Shown here piece by piece: positions 14,101 to 25,900 of a stretch of DNA of 46,936 bases; within the stretch, counting starts at the first letter, position 1; every line of letters starts with the position of its first letter. A program made the translations under genes and the position numbers. Below the pieces are notes generated by a model. The model worked only from the letters and a program-made list of their open reading frames with translations, did no database searches and was not told the DNA's origin. Source of the stretch: Geosiphon pyriformis uo1 (taxonomy: Eukaryota; Fungi; Glomeromycota); assembly GCA_016748015.1 (NCBI GenBank), contig JAAOMT010000306.1, forward strand, positions 30,602-77,537. Reading direction: 5' to 3'.

Positions 14101-16781
14101 TAGGCACACCTTCAAAGGGTGAGAGTACAAGCCAACCAGAAAAAAACCTCTTTTATGTCTTTACCTTAACTGATTATGACCATAACATAGATGAACTAGC
14201 AATCAACACTTTAGAATTAACCAGGAAGAAGAAAAAAGCCAAGATTAATTTTGTTCTGAATCCAAACAAACCATTTATTTCAACTGCTGACAACAATAAA
14301 CCACCAAAAACTAAAGTATTCAAGAATCTTTCAAAGTTGGAATCATCAAAAATAGTACAAAAATCTGGACCTTATTCCATTGTCAAAGATCTCATAGAAA
14401 CTCTTGCACACATTATCTTTGGCCAGTTAATGACTCATTCCCAATTCAGAAAAGATCTTCGCAAATCTTTGATTCCTAAGAAAAAAACACCAAAAACTAA
14501 CAAATGCTCATGCCAAGCTGGACTTGCTGACAACAGCAATGTCATCCCTCTTATTTGTAAGGCCCAAGTGGCTGGTTACTTTATTGATCTAATCCTGGAC
14601 AGTAGATCATCTGTTAGTGTCATTGCCAAACACTTCTTAGAAGCAATTGGCAAAAAGATTGATGAACCATTTACACAACCAATGACCAACATACACGGTG
14701 ACAAAAAGAAAGATCTAAGCATAGCCAAAGCTGTTCCTGTCTGAATCAATGACATCAGTATTGAAACTGACATGGAAGTATCTGAAGCAAAAAAATACAC
14801 CATAATAGTTGACAATAAATGGCTCAAGAAAGCAAAAGCCTTGCTTGATTATGAACTTTGTGAACTGACCATCAGATGTGGTGAGAAACCTATTGTGGTT
14901 AAGTGTCGCCATTAGACAACTCCTCTAGTATTCAAACAAAGCCAAGAAGAAAAACAATCAGATGAGTCAGATGATGAAGAAAGTAATAAAGAAGATGAAC
15001 AAAAAGAACAAGAAGAAACTGCTGAACTTGTCTACACCATTTTTACCAACAATGACAAACCATTAGATAATGTCAAAGCAGATAAAAAAGAAATCATAGT
15101 AAATGGCAAGCTGATCTGCTGGCCCTATTATGATATCTTTAGAAGAACCTTTAACCGAAAGCCTGGCAAAAAAGCCAAATACAATTATTGGTGGCATGGC
15201 CTTTGTGCCAGATGCTGATACAATAAATCTTTGTATTCTCTCAGTGATGAATGCAAATCCTGTTTGATCTATTACAAAGATTGGGAACCAATCAGTTTGA
15301 TATCCAGAGAAAAAATAAAAGAAGTACAGAAGTCCTTTGAGAATAAATCACCTAAGATCCAATTACTTGTTGTAGAACAAAAAGAACCTTCCCCAAAAAA
15401 AAGAAAAGTAGATATTGAAAACCTATTAACTAGAAACAGCCCAGTTATCTCAAAAAAAGGTAATACCTCTGGATGAATCCATATGATACAACATACCATT
15501 ACAACTAAAGAAATTCATTCCATATATTTAAAACTTTATTAATCCAATCGTCATAATGATGAATTTATCAAGAAAGAGATAAACCAGATAAAAAATCTTA
15601 GATTCATACAAGAAACCAAAAGTGAATGGGCTTTCCCAGTTGTAGTAGTATCCAAGAAAGATGAAACTCTATACTTCTGTGTCAACTACTGTCAATTAAA
15701 TGCCATCACTATAAGAGACATGTACCCACTTCTTAAAATTGATGCAATGCTAGACAAATTCAATGGTGCTGCTTTTTTCTCAACTATTGACTTAATTGCT
15801 GGATTCTGGCAAGTAGAGATGAATTCAGAAAGCAGAAAGAAAACTGTTTTTATTACCAAGTATAACACCTATGAATTCATGGTTATGCCTTTTGGTCTCA
15901 CAAATGCCCCTCCCACCTTTTAATGCCTAATAGACAAGATGTTTAAATCAGTGAAAACAAATTTTGTTCTAGTTTACTTGGATGATATAATGGTATACTC
16001 AAAAACCTGGGATAAATACCTTGAACATTTACAAAAGATTTTTGACCTGCTCAAAAATACTGGCCTTAAGATCAACCCAATTAAATCTTTCTTTGGATGC
16101 CAATTCACCCAGTTTCTTGGTTATTTTATTACAAAAGATAGAATCTTCTCTGATCCAGCCAAAGTTGAAAAAGTTCAAAACATTAGACAACCAATGAATG
16201 TTCTTGAACTATGCTTTTTCCTTGGTTTGGCCTCTTACTATCGCAAATTTATCAAAGATTTCTCTAAAATTGCCTTCCCACTAAATCAGCTATTCAGAAA
16301 AAATGTTAATTATTACTGGGACACTTATCAACAAAAAGCTTTTGAAATTCTAAAGGAAAAACTTGTTATTGAACTAATTCTCAAACAATCTGACTTGGAT
16401 CAACCTTTCATCCTCTACACTAATACATCTGGCTATAGACTTGGTGCTGTTCTCTTACAGAAAGATGAAGATGGCAGAAAACATGCTATAGTATATGCCA
16501 GTAGATCTCTGACACCAGTAGAAAAGAACTATTCAGTAACTAAACAAGAATGCTTAGCAGTAGTTTGGGCTACTAACTACTGAGATCAATATTTTCTTGG
16601 TGCCAAATTCCTGGTAGTAACAGATCATCAAGCCTTGGTTTGGCTGTGCAATAAAAAGAATCTGAAACATAAATGGATAACTCACTGAATACTTCATTTG
16701 AATAAATTTGACTATAATATTCAACACTGCAAAGAAGCTAATTATCAAAACGCCAATGCTCTTTCTAGACTTACCATCTAG
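14097..16781 (+). pseudogene. pol: Gypsy A pol (protease, RT, RNase H)
   Basis: Protease LILDSRSSV; RT DLIAGFWQV, VMPFGLTNAP and YLDD (15975-15986); RNase H YTNTSGYRLGAVL, KQECLAVVWA, ANALSRL; stop TAG at 16779-16781. Confidence 0.9.
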
Positions 16782-16845
16782 TGACAATACAATCTCTCAA
16801 ACCAAACCAACTTAATTATTAGTAACTCTTCCACAAACAAACACG

Positions 16846-18162
16846 ATAATAGACTTGGACAACTATTCTGTCTTAATAGAATTTTTGGGTAAAAGACAAT
16901 ACCCACTGGACTATACTCGACAACAAAGAGAACATTAGTGCAAACAATCAAATTTCTATTTGATCTGCCAGAACCAGTTATACAAAAGAAACAGAAAAGA
17001 TTCTGATCACCCCCAGAGAGTCATAAAATTTGAAGAAAAAGAAATTGTAATCTACAACATATATACTGATCCATTAGCTAGACATTTTGGAAAAACAAAA
17101 ACAATCTAGAAAACTTTAGCTTGCTACTATTGGTCTACCTTGGAAAAAGACATTGCTGAATACATCAAAATCTGTAACATTTGCCAAAGAAGAGGCAAAC
17201 CCAATCACAAAAAAGATATCCATCCAATCTCTGTTGGTCAACTATTTAACAGAATTGGTATAAATGTTGTTGGACCTTTAACAATAACTCTTAATAGCAA
17301 CAGATATATTATTACAGCTACTGACTATCTCACAAAGTGGGTAGAAGCAAGAGCCACTTCAGACTAAACAGCAGTCTTAATAGTCAATTTCATTTATAAA
17401 AATATCATTTGTTGTTATGGCTGTCCCAAAGAACTTTTATCTAATAGAGGAAGAGTTTTTCTCAGTACACTAGTTGAAAAACTCTGCAGGAAAATGGAAA
17501 TATGTCATAAACTTTCCTTCCCTTACCACTCTTAAACAAATGGCTTAATAGAATGTTTCAATAGAACACTATGTGAAATCTTAGCCAAAACTAGTGAAAA
17601 AACAAACCTATGAAACAAAGTACTGCTTTCAGCCTTGTTTGCTTATAGAACTGTAAATCATGACATAACAAGTTATGAATCTTTTTATCTGCTCTATGGA
17701 AGAATGGCAACTCTACCAATAGAAATTAATATTGAAACAATACCCTTTGAAGAAATCACAATAGGGAATTACAAAGACATTTTGCAAAGAAGACTTGGTA
17801 CCATTTTTGACTCACTTGTAGAGGCCCAGATAATTGCTTTTGAAAAGATGAAACAGTTCCAAGAAAAGCTTAAGAAGAAGAAAACTTATAAAACACTTTC
17901 ATTAAGTGTTGGTAACTTAGTTTTGGAATATCATTCAAACAGAAACAATGTTTATGGTAATAAATTTTCTAGTTAGTAGAAAGGACTCTTTATAGTCAAC
18001 AAAGTTTTGAACAATGATTCTTATATCTTACAAAATCAATATGGAACAATATTCAATGATCATTCTGTTCATGATATACGACTTAAGAAATATTACAAAC
18101 AACCTGATTGGTTACTTGTTGTGGTAATACTAACCCAAATGATCAGCAAAAATGAGATATAA
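16846..18162 (+). pseudogene. Gypsy A integrase, separate reading frame
   Basis: HFG...CNICQR zinc domain; rve core IGINVVGPL...DYLTKWVEA; ALFAYRT; all in one frame that differs from RT/RH. Confidence 0.85.
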
Positions 18163-18203
18163 ATAAATGCACCATTTTCAAAACAGAGATATCTTCAATT
18201 GAC

Positions 18204-18815
18204 ATGAATAATTATTTTCTGGATCAAAACATTCAAAACACTTTCTATACTTTTCATGAGTATTGGATCAAAAACTATCCAAATGCTACTTTAACTATTG
18301 GAAAACAGACCACTATAACTGATAACAGCAGAATACATACTGTTATTAGACCCAAGAAAACAACAACCAGAAGAGAAAGAATTGGTAGCAAAATGGATAA
18401 GTATCTGCTAGAAAGCATAACAGTAATAATACTTGCACCTTCCATCATAATTGAAAAAGCAATTAAAGAAATCTTGCCCATAAACAAAAACTTGTCATAT
18501 GAAAGACAACTAAAACTCTATGGTTGCCTTGGTAAAATCATAGAAAATATAAAGCTCATAAAGAAAACAACTTCTAAGATACAAATAGAAATTTTAGCAT
18601 TATACGGTTGAATGTCCAAAGAGTTTTAACCATTGCAAGAAGAGCCAAAACTCTTATACAAAGATTTGGTCTCTTGAATACAAAACTTATTTCACCCTAA
18701 GTACTATACATCTTATCCACAAAAGACTTCAACAAACTAGTTAGTTTTGAATTAGATAAAACACTTCAAGTATATTATTCTATAAATAGTTTGATTTTGC
18801 CAGAGCTCAATCTCT
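18204..18815 (+). pseudogene. Gypsy A 3' accessory ORF of unknown function
   Basis: 135-aa ORF from ATG 18204; the reading continues past stops and an indel to F-A-R-A-Q (18796-18810) just before the PPT. Confidence 0.6.
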
Positions 18816-18828
18816 TTGGAGAAGATGA

Positions 18829-19560
18829 TGTTATAGTTGAAACTCATAGTTTTTATTAGTTATCACATGTATTAGCCACTGATGTTATATAATTAGCCAT
18901 CCTATTTTTAGATAGTGATTATTAACCTAATCAATGACCTGACTGTTGACCTGATCATTGACCTGATCATTGATCTGATCAATGACCTGACCGTTAACCT
19001 GATTATTGATCTGATCATTGACCTGATCAATGACCTAGTCATTAACCATTTTCAATAGCTATATAAGTAATGAGTCTCTTAGCTGTAAAAAATCATGTCA
19101 AAAATCAGAAAATTAAATAAATAAAATAACAACTTTCATCTCAATTATTCTTTTATCACTAATTTCTCTTTCCCTACTTTCAAGTATCTGAACATTTTTG
19201 GAATAAAAAATTACTTGTTGGTGTTTACCTGTCTTTTTCCTGAAACAATTAATTGTAGTATTTAAAGATTATTGAATAAAATGTGACTAAAGAGCACATC
19301 TGATACTTGATATTGAATTTTAAGAGTGCCGATGTGAGACATAGAATTATATTAAGTGTGATCATTTGTTGACAGTACAAACTATCTCTCTACCTTCAGA
19401 TTCCCTAGTTATCTTTGAAAAGAATAGTGACTGATCTCGCATATTGAATCCATACTTATTCAATTTGCTCTTTGAAGTTGAATTCTCTTTGATTATTTCT
19501 ATTACCCTACAATCCTGTTTTCCCTTGCTATCTATTAGCTTGTTACTCCAACCTGTAACA
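18829..19560 (+). repeat. 3' LTR of Gypsy A, with expanded ~12-bp ttgacctgatca tandem array (~18920-19045)
   Basis: tgttatagttg...acctgtaaca; preceded by purine tract ggagaagatga (18818-18828). Confidence 0.92.
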
Positions 19561-20004
19561 ATGTATATATAGCAGTAGTATTAGAAAGAAAAAAAGCAAA
19601 ATCCTTTAGTTAAAGATCTTTCAGTTTAGATTTAATCTAAGCAACTTTCCAACTCACAAATATTAATAAATAATTATTTTTTATCTCAAATCTACTTCCT
19701 ACTATTAACATTTCATGTTAATAGTAATTGATACTTAACCACACTGGAACAATAGCTCTTGATTACAGCTATTAACAAGATACTAACCATTATTGCCTTG
19801 GCTTATTTTCTTATTTTTTTTATTGTTATTTTTATTTTTCTTTCTTTTGTTGTTATTTATTAATTGATTAAAGAGAAAGTGCTGAGATACAGACATCATA
19901 GGGACTGGTAAAAAACCTGTAAAACAAGAGTAGAACACTCATAGATTTAAGAATAGCTTACTAAGAGAATTACCAGCCACCATGTTGAGAAAAAAATTTG
20001 ATGG

Positions 20005-20850
20005 TGTTATGAGTAATTATTTGAGATATTGAATCAAATAACAAATCCGTAATTTGGTGCTAAAAGTTATTTGTGTTAATGTTATTAATCTGAAAATTTT
20101 GTATCTGAAAGTTTTGTATCTGAAGGTTTTGGTTTGAGTTCTTTGTATAATGGACAGAGATTCAATAATTGTTTTATCCATAGCTTCCCGAAACTGCAGT
20201 TTTGTTAATTTTTCTCTTGGCATGATGGCCGGCAATCCTCTGATAAGTATTTTGTATCTTCTGTACATGTCCTACCCTCTCGTAGGAGTCTTTTACTAAG
20301 CAATTCTTGACGTCAGTAATCTAGTGCTTTATTCAACTAATTAGTGCACAACAATAAAATCAAAATAAAATAAAGAAAAAAAATAAAAGAAAATAACAAA
20401 AGAAAAAAAATAAAAGAAAATAACAAAAGAAAAGAAATAAAAGAAAATAATGAAAGAAAAAAAATAAGCCAAGGCAATTTACAAGTTAGTATTCCATCAA
20501 TAGCCGTGATCAAGAGCTATTGTTCCAGTGTGATTAAGTATCAATTACTATCAACATAAAGTGTTGATAGTAGAATTAGGTTTGAGATACCAAATAGTTA
20601 TTTATTGTGTTTGAAAGGTTGTCTAGATAAAATCTAAACTGAAAGGTCTGTCTTTTTAGCTTCTAATTCTACTGCTATATATACATAATTGAGATTTCTC
20701 AATTTCTCAATTCTTCACAACAGGAATTCTGAAATTTCTGGAATTCTGCAATTCCTGAAAAGAATCCTGGAATTCCACCTTTTACTATGTCTACTTCTGA
20801 TTAGTTAATAACTATACTAATATATATTTCCTATATTTCTATAAATAACA
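20005..20850 (-). repeat. 3' LTR of Gypsy B
   Basis: Direct repeat of 29248-30126. Confidence 0.92.
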
Positions 20851-20863
20851 TTATTCTCTCCTT

Positions 20864-21523
20864 TTAATATTGAGTTCTGTCGAAATCTAACTCTGTTAAT
20901 TCCCCTTCTTGAAGTATTTCTTGAATTTCATTTTCGAGAATTACTTGTGTTATTTGAGTCTGTAATTCTTCAAATTGAGCATTGATGATCTTTCCTAATT
21001 GATTACTGATAACCGTATTCATTGCTTTGTTAAGTAAGATTTCTGGTTGATCTTGAAATGCTGTGTGTATTCAGTATATGGCTCAAGTCTGTGTGAATAA
21101 GTTGTTCTTTTCCACAAAATGTTCTAATTGTTGTAGTATTTTTGTGTCAAATAATTGCTTTGTTTTATCCATATATAAATTTTGAATATTCACATGTTGT
21201 CCCAAGTAAAAATAACAATAGTTTTTTGGAAATTGTTGTATCCACCAATTCCAAGTTTCTTTAGTCAACTCTTGGTATAGTGACTCTTTTGTCAACTCTT
21301 ATATTGCTAATTTTACTTTCGCAATGATTTTGTCAATGGTATTTTCTGTTTTCTTCTGTGTTCTATGTGGCAATGTCTTTCTAGTGTCTTGATATTGGAT
21401 GGTTTGTTGATTAATTGTAATTTTCATCTCTTGGTGTTGAATCAATTGAAAAAGTTGTTGTGCTAGTAAGTAGATGTTGTCTGTAATTTCCATTTTTCTG
21501 ATATTTCTTGTCACATCTACCAT
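20864..21523 (-). pseudogene. Gypsy B 3' accessory ORF (~219 codons, two in-frame stops)
   Basis: ORFs 21299-21523 and 21083-21295 share one frame, which continues to ...FEELQ...DFDRTQY-stop. Confidence 0.65.
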
Positions 21524-21547
21524 GTCTTTATATATTCTTTTGATGAA

Positions 21548-22908
21548 TTAATTTAATGTGTTGTTGTCAATGATGATGATTGGTTCCAGATCTCATGGAA
21601 TCTCCTCTGATTGGACTAGTATCTTCTGTACTCCTAATTGTGAAATATTACTAGTGGATAGTGGTGTGATGTTGTGATATGGTTTCAGTCAATCTCTATG
21701 TATTGCTTTGGTTAAGATTTTGTTATTCAGTCTTAATTTGTAAGCTCTATTCCTTAGAATTTCTTCTATGTAAAATGGTCTATTCCATTTGGGGTCAAAT
21801 TTTCCACTCCATTGTTTTTTTGCTTTGGTACAATGTAAGAGTACTTTGTCTCCAATCTTGAATTCAACTGGTTTGTCTGGTAGTTGATTATCATGTCTTT
21901 TTTTCTGTTTCTCTTGTGACTTTTGTATATTATCAGCTGCTTTTCTTTTTTTGTTTTCCAATGTTTTCATTAAGTCATATGTTCTTCTTAACAATGTTTC
22001 TTGGAAATTCTCTTCTGTTATTGGTTCAGTTAGATATGTATTAACCTCTATCTCAACTGGTAATATTGCTGTTCTACTGTATATCAATTTAAATAGTGTT
22101 GCTTATGTGATGTCTTACTTCATTGTTCGATAAGCAAATAATACTGATAGTATGAACAAATCCTATTTGTCATGGTTTTTTTGGCTAAGTTTTGCTATTG
22201 CTTTACACAATGTTCTATTAAATCTTTCAACTAAACCATTGGTTTGTGGATGGTATGGTGATGATAGTGGTCTTTTAATTCCGAATCTTTGGCTTAATTC
22301 TGCTAATGTTTGGTTTACAAAATGGGTCTCTTAATCTAATAATAGTTTTCTTGGACACTCATATCAACAAATCAGATCTTAATGAACAAATTTGGCAATA
22401 GATTCTGCATCCACTCTTTGAATTGCTTTTGCTTCTGGCCATTTAGTGAGATAGTTTATGGCTATTGCAATATATCTGTTTCCTCTGCTGGTAATTGTTA
22501 ATGGTTTGACTAAGTCAATTCCAATGCAATCGAATGATTGTCCCACTTTGATTGGTCTTAATGGTTTATTTGGTCTGGTTTCTCCTCTTTTCTGACAAGC
22601 ATCACAATTTTGAACATATTGAATAATGTTTGGATACATTGATGGCCAATAGTATCTTTTTCTGGTTCTTTTTATGGTTGCTTCTTTATGAAAATGTCTT
22701 GCAATTGGATTTGAGTGCATGTTGAACAGTATTGTCTCCTGGTTGGTTGATCTGAATCTTTTCTATTTTTTTGATAAAGTATATTTTGGTAAGTGATAAA
22801 ATATTTGGATTGTTGTTTGATTCTCTTTTGTTCCGGTTGAGATAATTTCTCCTTGAACTGTTGAGTATCTATATAATATTCAAGTTGTTAATATTTATGT
22901 GTATTTAT
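21548..22908 (-). pseudogene. Gypsy B integrase, separate reading frame
   Basis: MHSNPIARHF...CDACQK; IGIDLVKPL; YLTKWPEA; YHPQTNGLVERFNRTL; FKIGDKVL...KFDPKWNRPF; C-terminal EPIIII. Confidence 0.88.
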
Positions 22909-22967
22909 CTTTTGTTATGTTGTTGTTGGATGTAGTTTGGTTTTGTTATATTTTTGAATTGGAATGT

Positions 22968-25900
22968 TTAGATTTATCTCATTCATGACAAACCATCAGC
23001 ATTTCTATTGTCTTTTCCCTTTTTATAATGTATAGTATAATTATATGGTGTGAGTGTCATTTTTCATCTTGACTGTCTTTCATCTCCAAATTCTTGTTTT
23101 TGGAGTGATGTTAATTCTTTGTAATCTGTGTACACTTCAAACTTCTGGCTCAAGTATTTTTTCCATTTCATGACTGCTCAGTATATCACTAAGTGTTTTT
23201 GTTCCGGTGTTCCATAGTTTTTTTCGGCTGGTATTAAGTCTTGGCTGGCAAATACTACTGGATGTTCTCTTCTATCCAGTCTTCTCTAAGATAGTACTGC
23301 TCTTAATGCTTGACCTGATGCATCAGTAGTAATAATGAATGGTTTGTTGTAATTTGAATAGATTAATACTGACACTTGAATGAGCTTTTCTCTTAAAATG
23401 TCAAAAGCTTTTTGTTGTATTTCCGTCTATTCATATTTTATGTTCTTGGTTTGTAGATGATTGAGTGGCTGAGCTATTTTAGAAAAGTTTTTGATGAAGT
23501 GACGATAATAGCTTGCAAATCCCAAGAATGATTTTAGTTTGGTCATATTGGTTGGCACTGGAAAGTTCTTTACTATTTTTATCTTGTCTGGGTCTGTTTT
23601 AATACCGTTTTTGCTGACTATATGTTCCAGAAACTTCAGTTCTGTTTTGCCAAAGAAGTACTTGGTAGCATTTAGCTTTAACCCTGTTCATCGCAGTCTT
23701 TTGAATACTTGTTAAAGATGATAGAAATGATTATCAAATGTTCTTGAGAATACATTGGTGTCATCCAAGTACACAACTACTGATTTCCACAATAAGCCAG
23801 TGTACACAATTTCCATTAGCCATTGGAAAGTTGCTGTGGTATTGGTTAAGCCAAATGGCATTACTTCAAATTTGAAATTCCCTTTTCTTGTGGTAAATGC
23901 TGTTTTCTCTTTGTCGGCTGAATTCATAGCTACTTGTCAGTAACTGCTATCCAAGTCTAATGTTGAAAACCATTTGTTTCCTCCAAAAGCATCAAATAAC
24001 TCTTGGATCCATAGAGTTGGATAACTGTCTTCACAAGTGACTCCATTGAGTTTTTTGTAGTCTACACAAAATCTGATCTTTCCATTCTTCTTCCAGACAA
24101 GTACCACTGGTAACGACTATGGGCTCATTGATAACTGGATTAGCCTGTTGTCAAGCATTCTATTGATCTCTTGACAGATGATCTCATGGCTTGCTAGTGG
24201 TACTTTGTATGCCCTTTGTTTGATTAACATTGTATCTCTAGTTTTGATCTGGTGTTGGATGATATCAGTTCTGCCAAATTCGTTTTTGCTGGCAAAGATA
24301 TCATTAAAATTGTTGAGTAACATCTTTAATTGCATCTGTTGAAGTGGATCTAGATTTCCCATATTTATTTGCTTTAGCTGTTCTGGTTGTAACAAATAAT
24401 ATTCATTCCATCCATAGATTGTTTGTGACGTAATATTCACATATTCACACAATTGTGGAAAGTCTGGAATGGTGCTTGGTGGTTGATTCTCAATTTCAGT
24501 GGTCAAATATCTGAGAATAGTTCCTTTCGGTATCTTCACAACATTTCCTGTATTGTTGTAGATGGGAATTTTGATATGATTGTGGTTCTTGGCTGGTATG
24601 TGTAGATTGATAAGTCCAACTTTTTCTGTTTCACAAAGGCTTGTTTCCGCTTCAAAAATTTGTGCCTGATCCTTCACCTTTCTTTCTATTGCTAACATGT
24701 ACTGGTCATATGGTGGAATAGAAATTGCTTGACCCATTGAGATAATTTCTTCTTGGCCAATAATTTTTTCCTTTGCCATATTGACTGATATGTCTATTCT
24801 ATCCATAGATCCGAATCTCTATATCTGTCTCACAGTTATCCCTAATTCTTCCTTATTTTCCACTGAAGCTAACTGAGCTATTTTAACTAGAGACAGGAAT
24901 ATTGCCTGTGCTATCTTCTTGTTTGGCTTTATAATATAGGCTTTTTTAGAGTTATTTTGTAGCATGATGATAATATTTTCTACATATCCCGTGTCAATTA
25001 TTTCTCTTCTTATATTAATCCTTTTTTTTGCTAAACTACTCCTAAATGCTAGTTGAATCATGGTTGTTGCTGGAATTTTCAGTGCTACTTTTAGATTAAT
25101 GCAGATGCGTGAATGTGGTTCTAATTTGATGGTGTTTTTTCTAAAATATCTTAGATCAAATCCTGTATCAGTATCATGCACGCATTTTGGCATAATACCC
25201 TTATTATTGTCACTATACTATTTGAGTTCCTGCTCTTTAGAGAGATTAGGAAGCACTATGTATATTTTGGGATTCGAGTCAGAGTCTGAATTGTTGATAT
25301 TCTTGTTGCCATATTGTGTGGAGCTGGAACCAGTGTTTTTGTTGTCTTTGTTGTCAGAGTTGGAATCAGGATTGAAAATTGATTTTGATTCTGATGTGCA
25401 GCTGCTGATTAGTTCTTCTTCCTTTGGGATCATGTAGATTATGCGTGGTGATGGATTGTAAATGAGGTCACATTCATTACAATATTGGAAATCACATAGG
25501 ATCAAACAGTAGTTATATAGTCTGGTGTTTATTTGGGCCAAACATTGCTCTTGTTCTTCTTTTGTAGGTGCCAAAGTTTGATAATGTTTATGAAACTCTT
25601 CTGGTTCCAGGAGATTTATGACCAGTTCTTTGTTCTAATCAAGTTCTAAGAGTTCTGGCAGGTTGTTCTTGACTTCTTTGATTTTTTCGGGTGATGCTTC
25701 TTGAATTTTGGCAAGGGCTATTCTCTAGATTTTATTATCGTCGTGTAGACAAATGTCCAATCATCATACTGCTGTTCTTTAGGTGGCTTCTATGAGTGTT
25801 TTTTTTCTAATCCAATTGCTGATAAAGATCGTGTACTGGCACAAAGTGTTACATGTTCCTTCTCGACCAGGAATGTCGTTTCACATTCTTTCATTCAAGA

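Larger units (their letters stand above)
11817..19560 (+). mobile_element. Ty3/Gypsy LTR retrotransposon A, full length, degenerate
   Basis: Paired LTRs, perfect TSD atgt (11813-11816 / 19561-19564), PBS, PPT, and gag-PR-RT-RH-IN domain order. Confidence 0.95.

Noticed and set aside
17976-18815. Chromodomain or env gene after integrase
   Set aside because: No chromodomain motif, signal peptide or transmembrane anchor is visible in A, B or C.
18920-19045. Short tandem arrays in LTRs as a CRISPR array
   Set aside because: There are no unique spacers and no cas genes; the arrays lie inside eukaryotic LTR U3 regions.
20017-20268. Small ORFs within LTRs (also 29314-29529, 41400-41597)
   Set aside because: Their similarity is explained by LTR duplication; starts and stops are inconsistent and no domain is recognisable.
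24790-25193. Host or bacterial dut gene
   Set aside because: It is embedded in pol between LTRs in two related elements.
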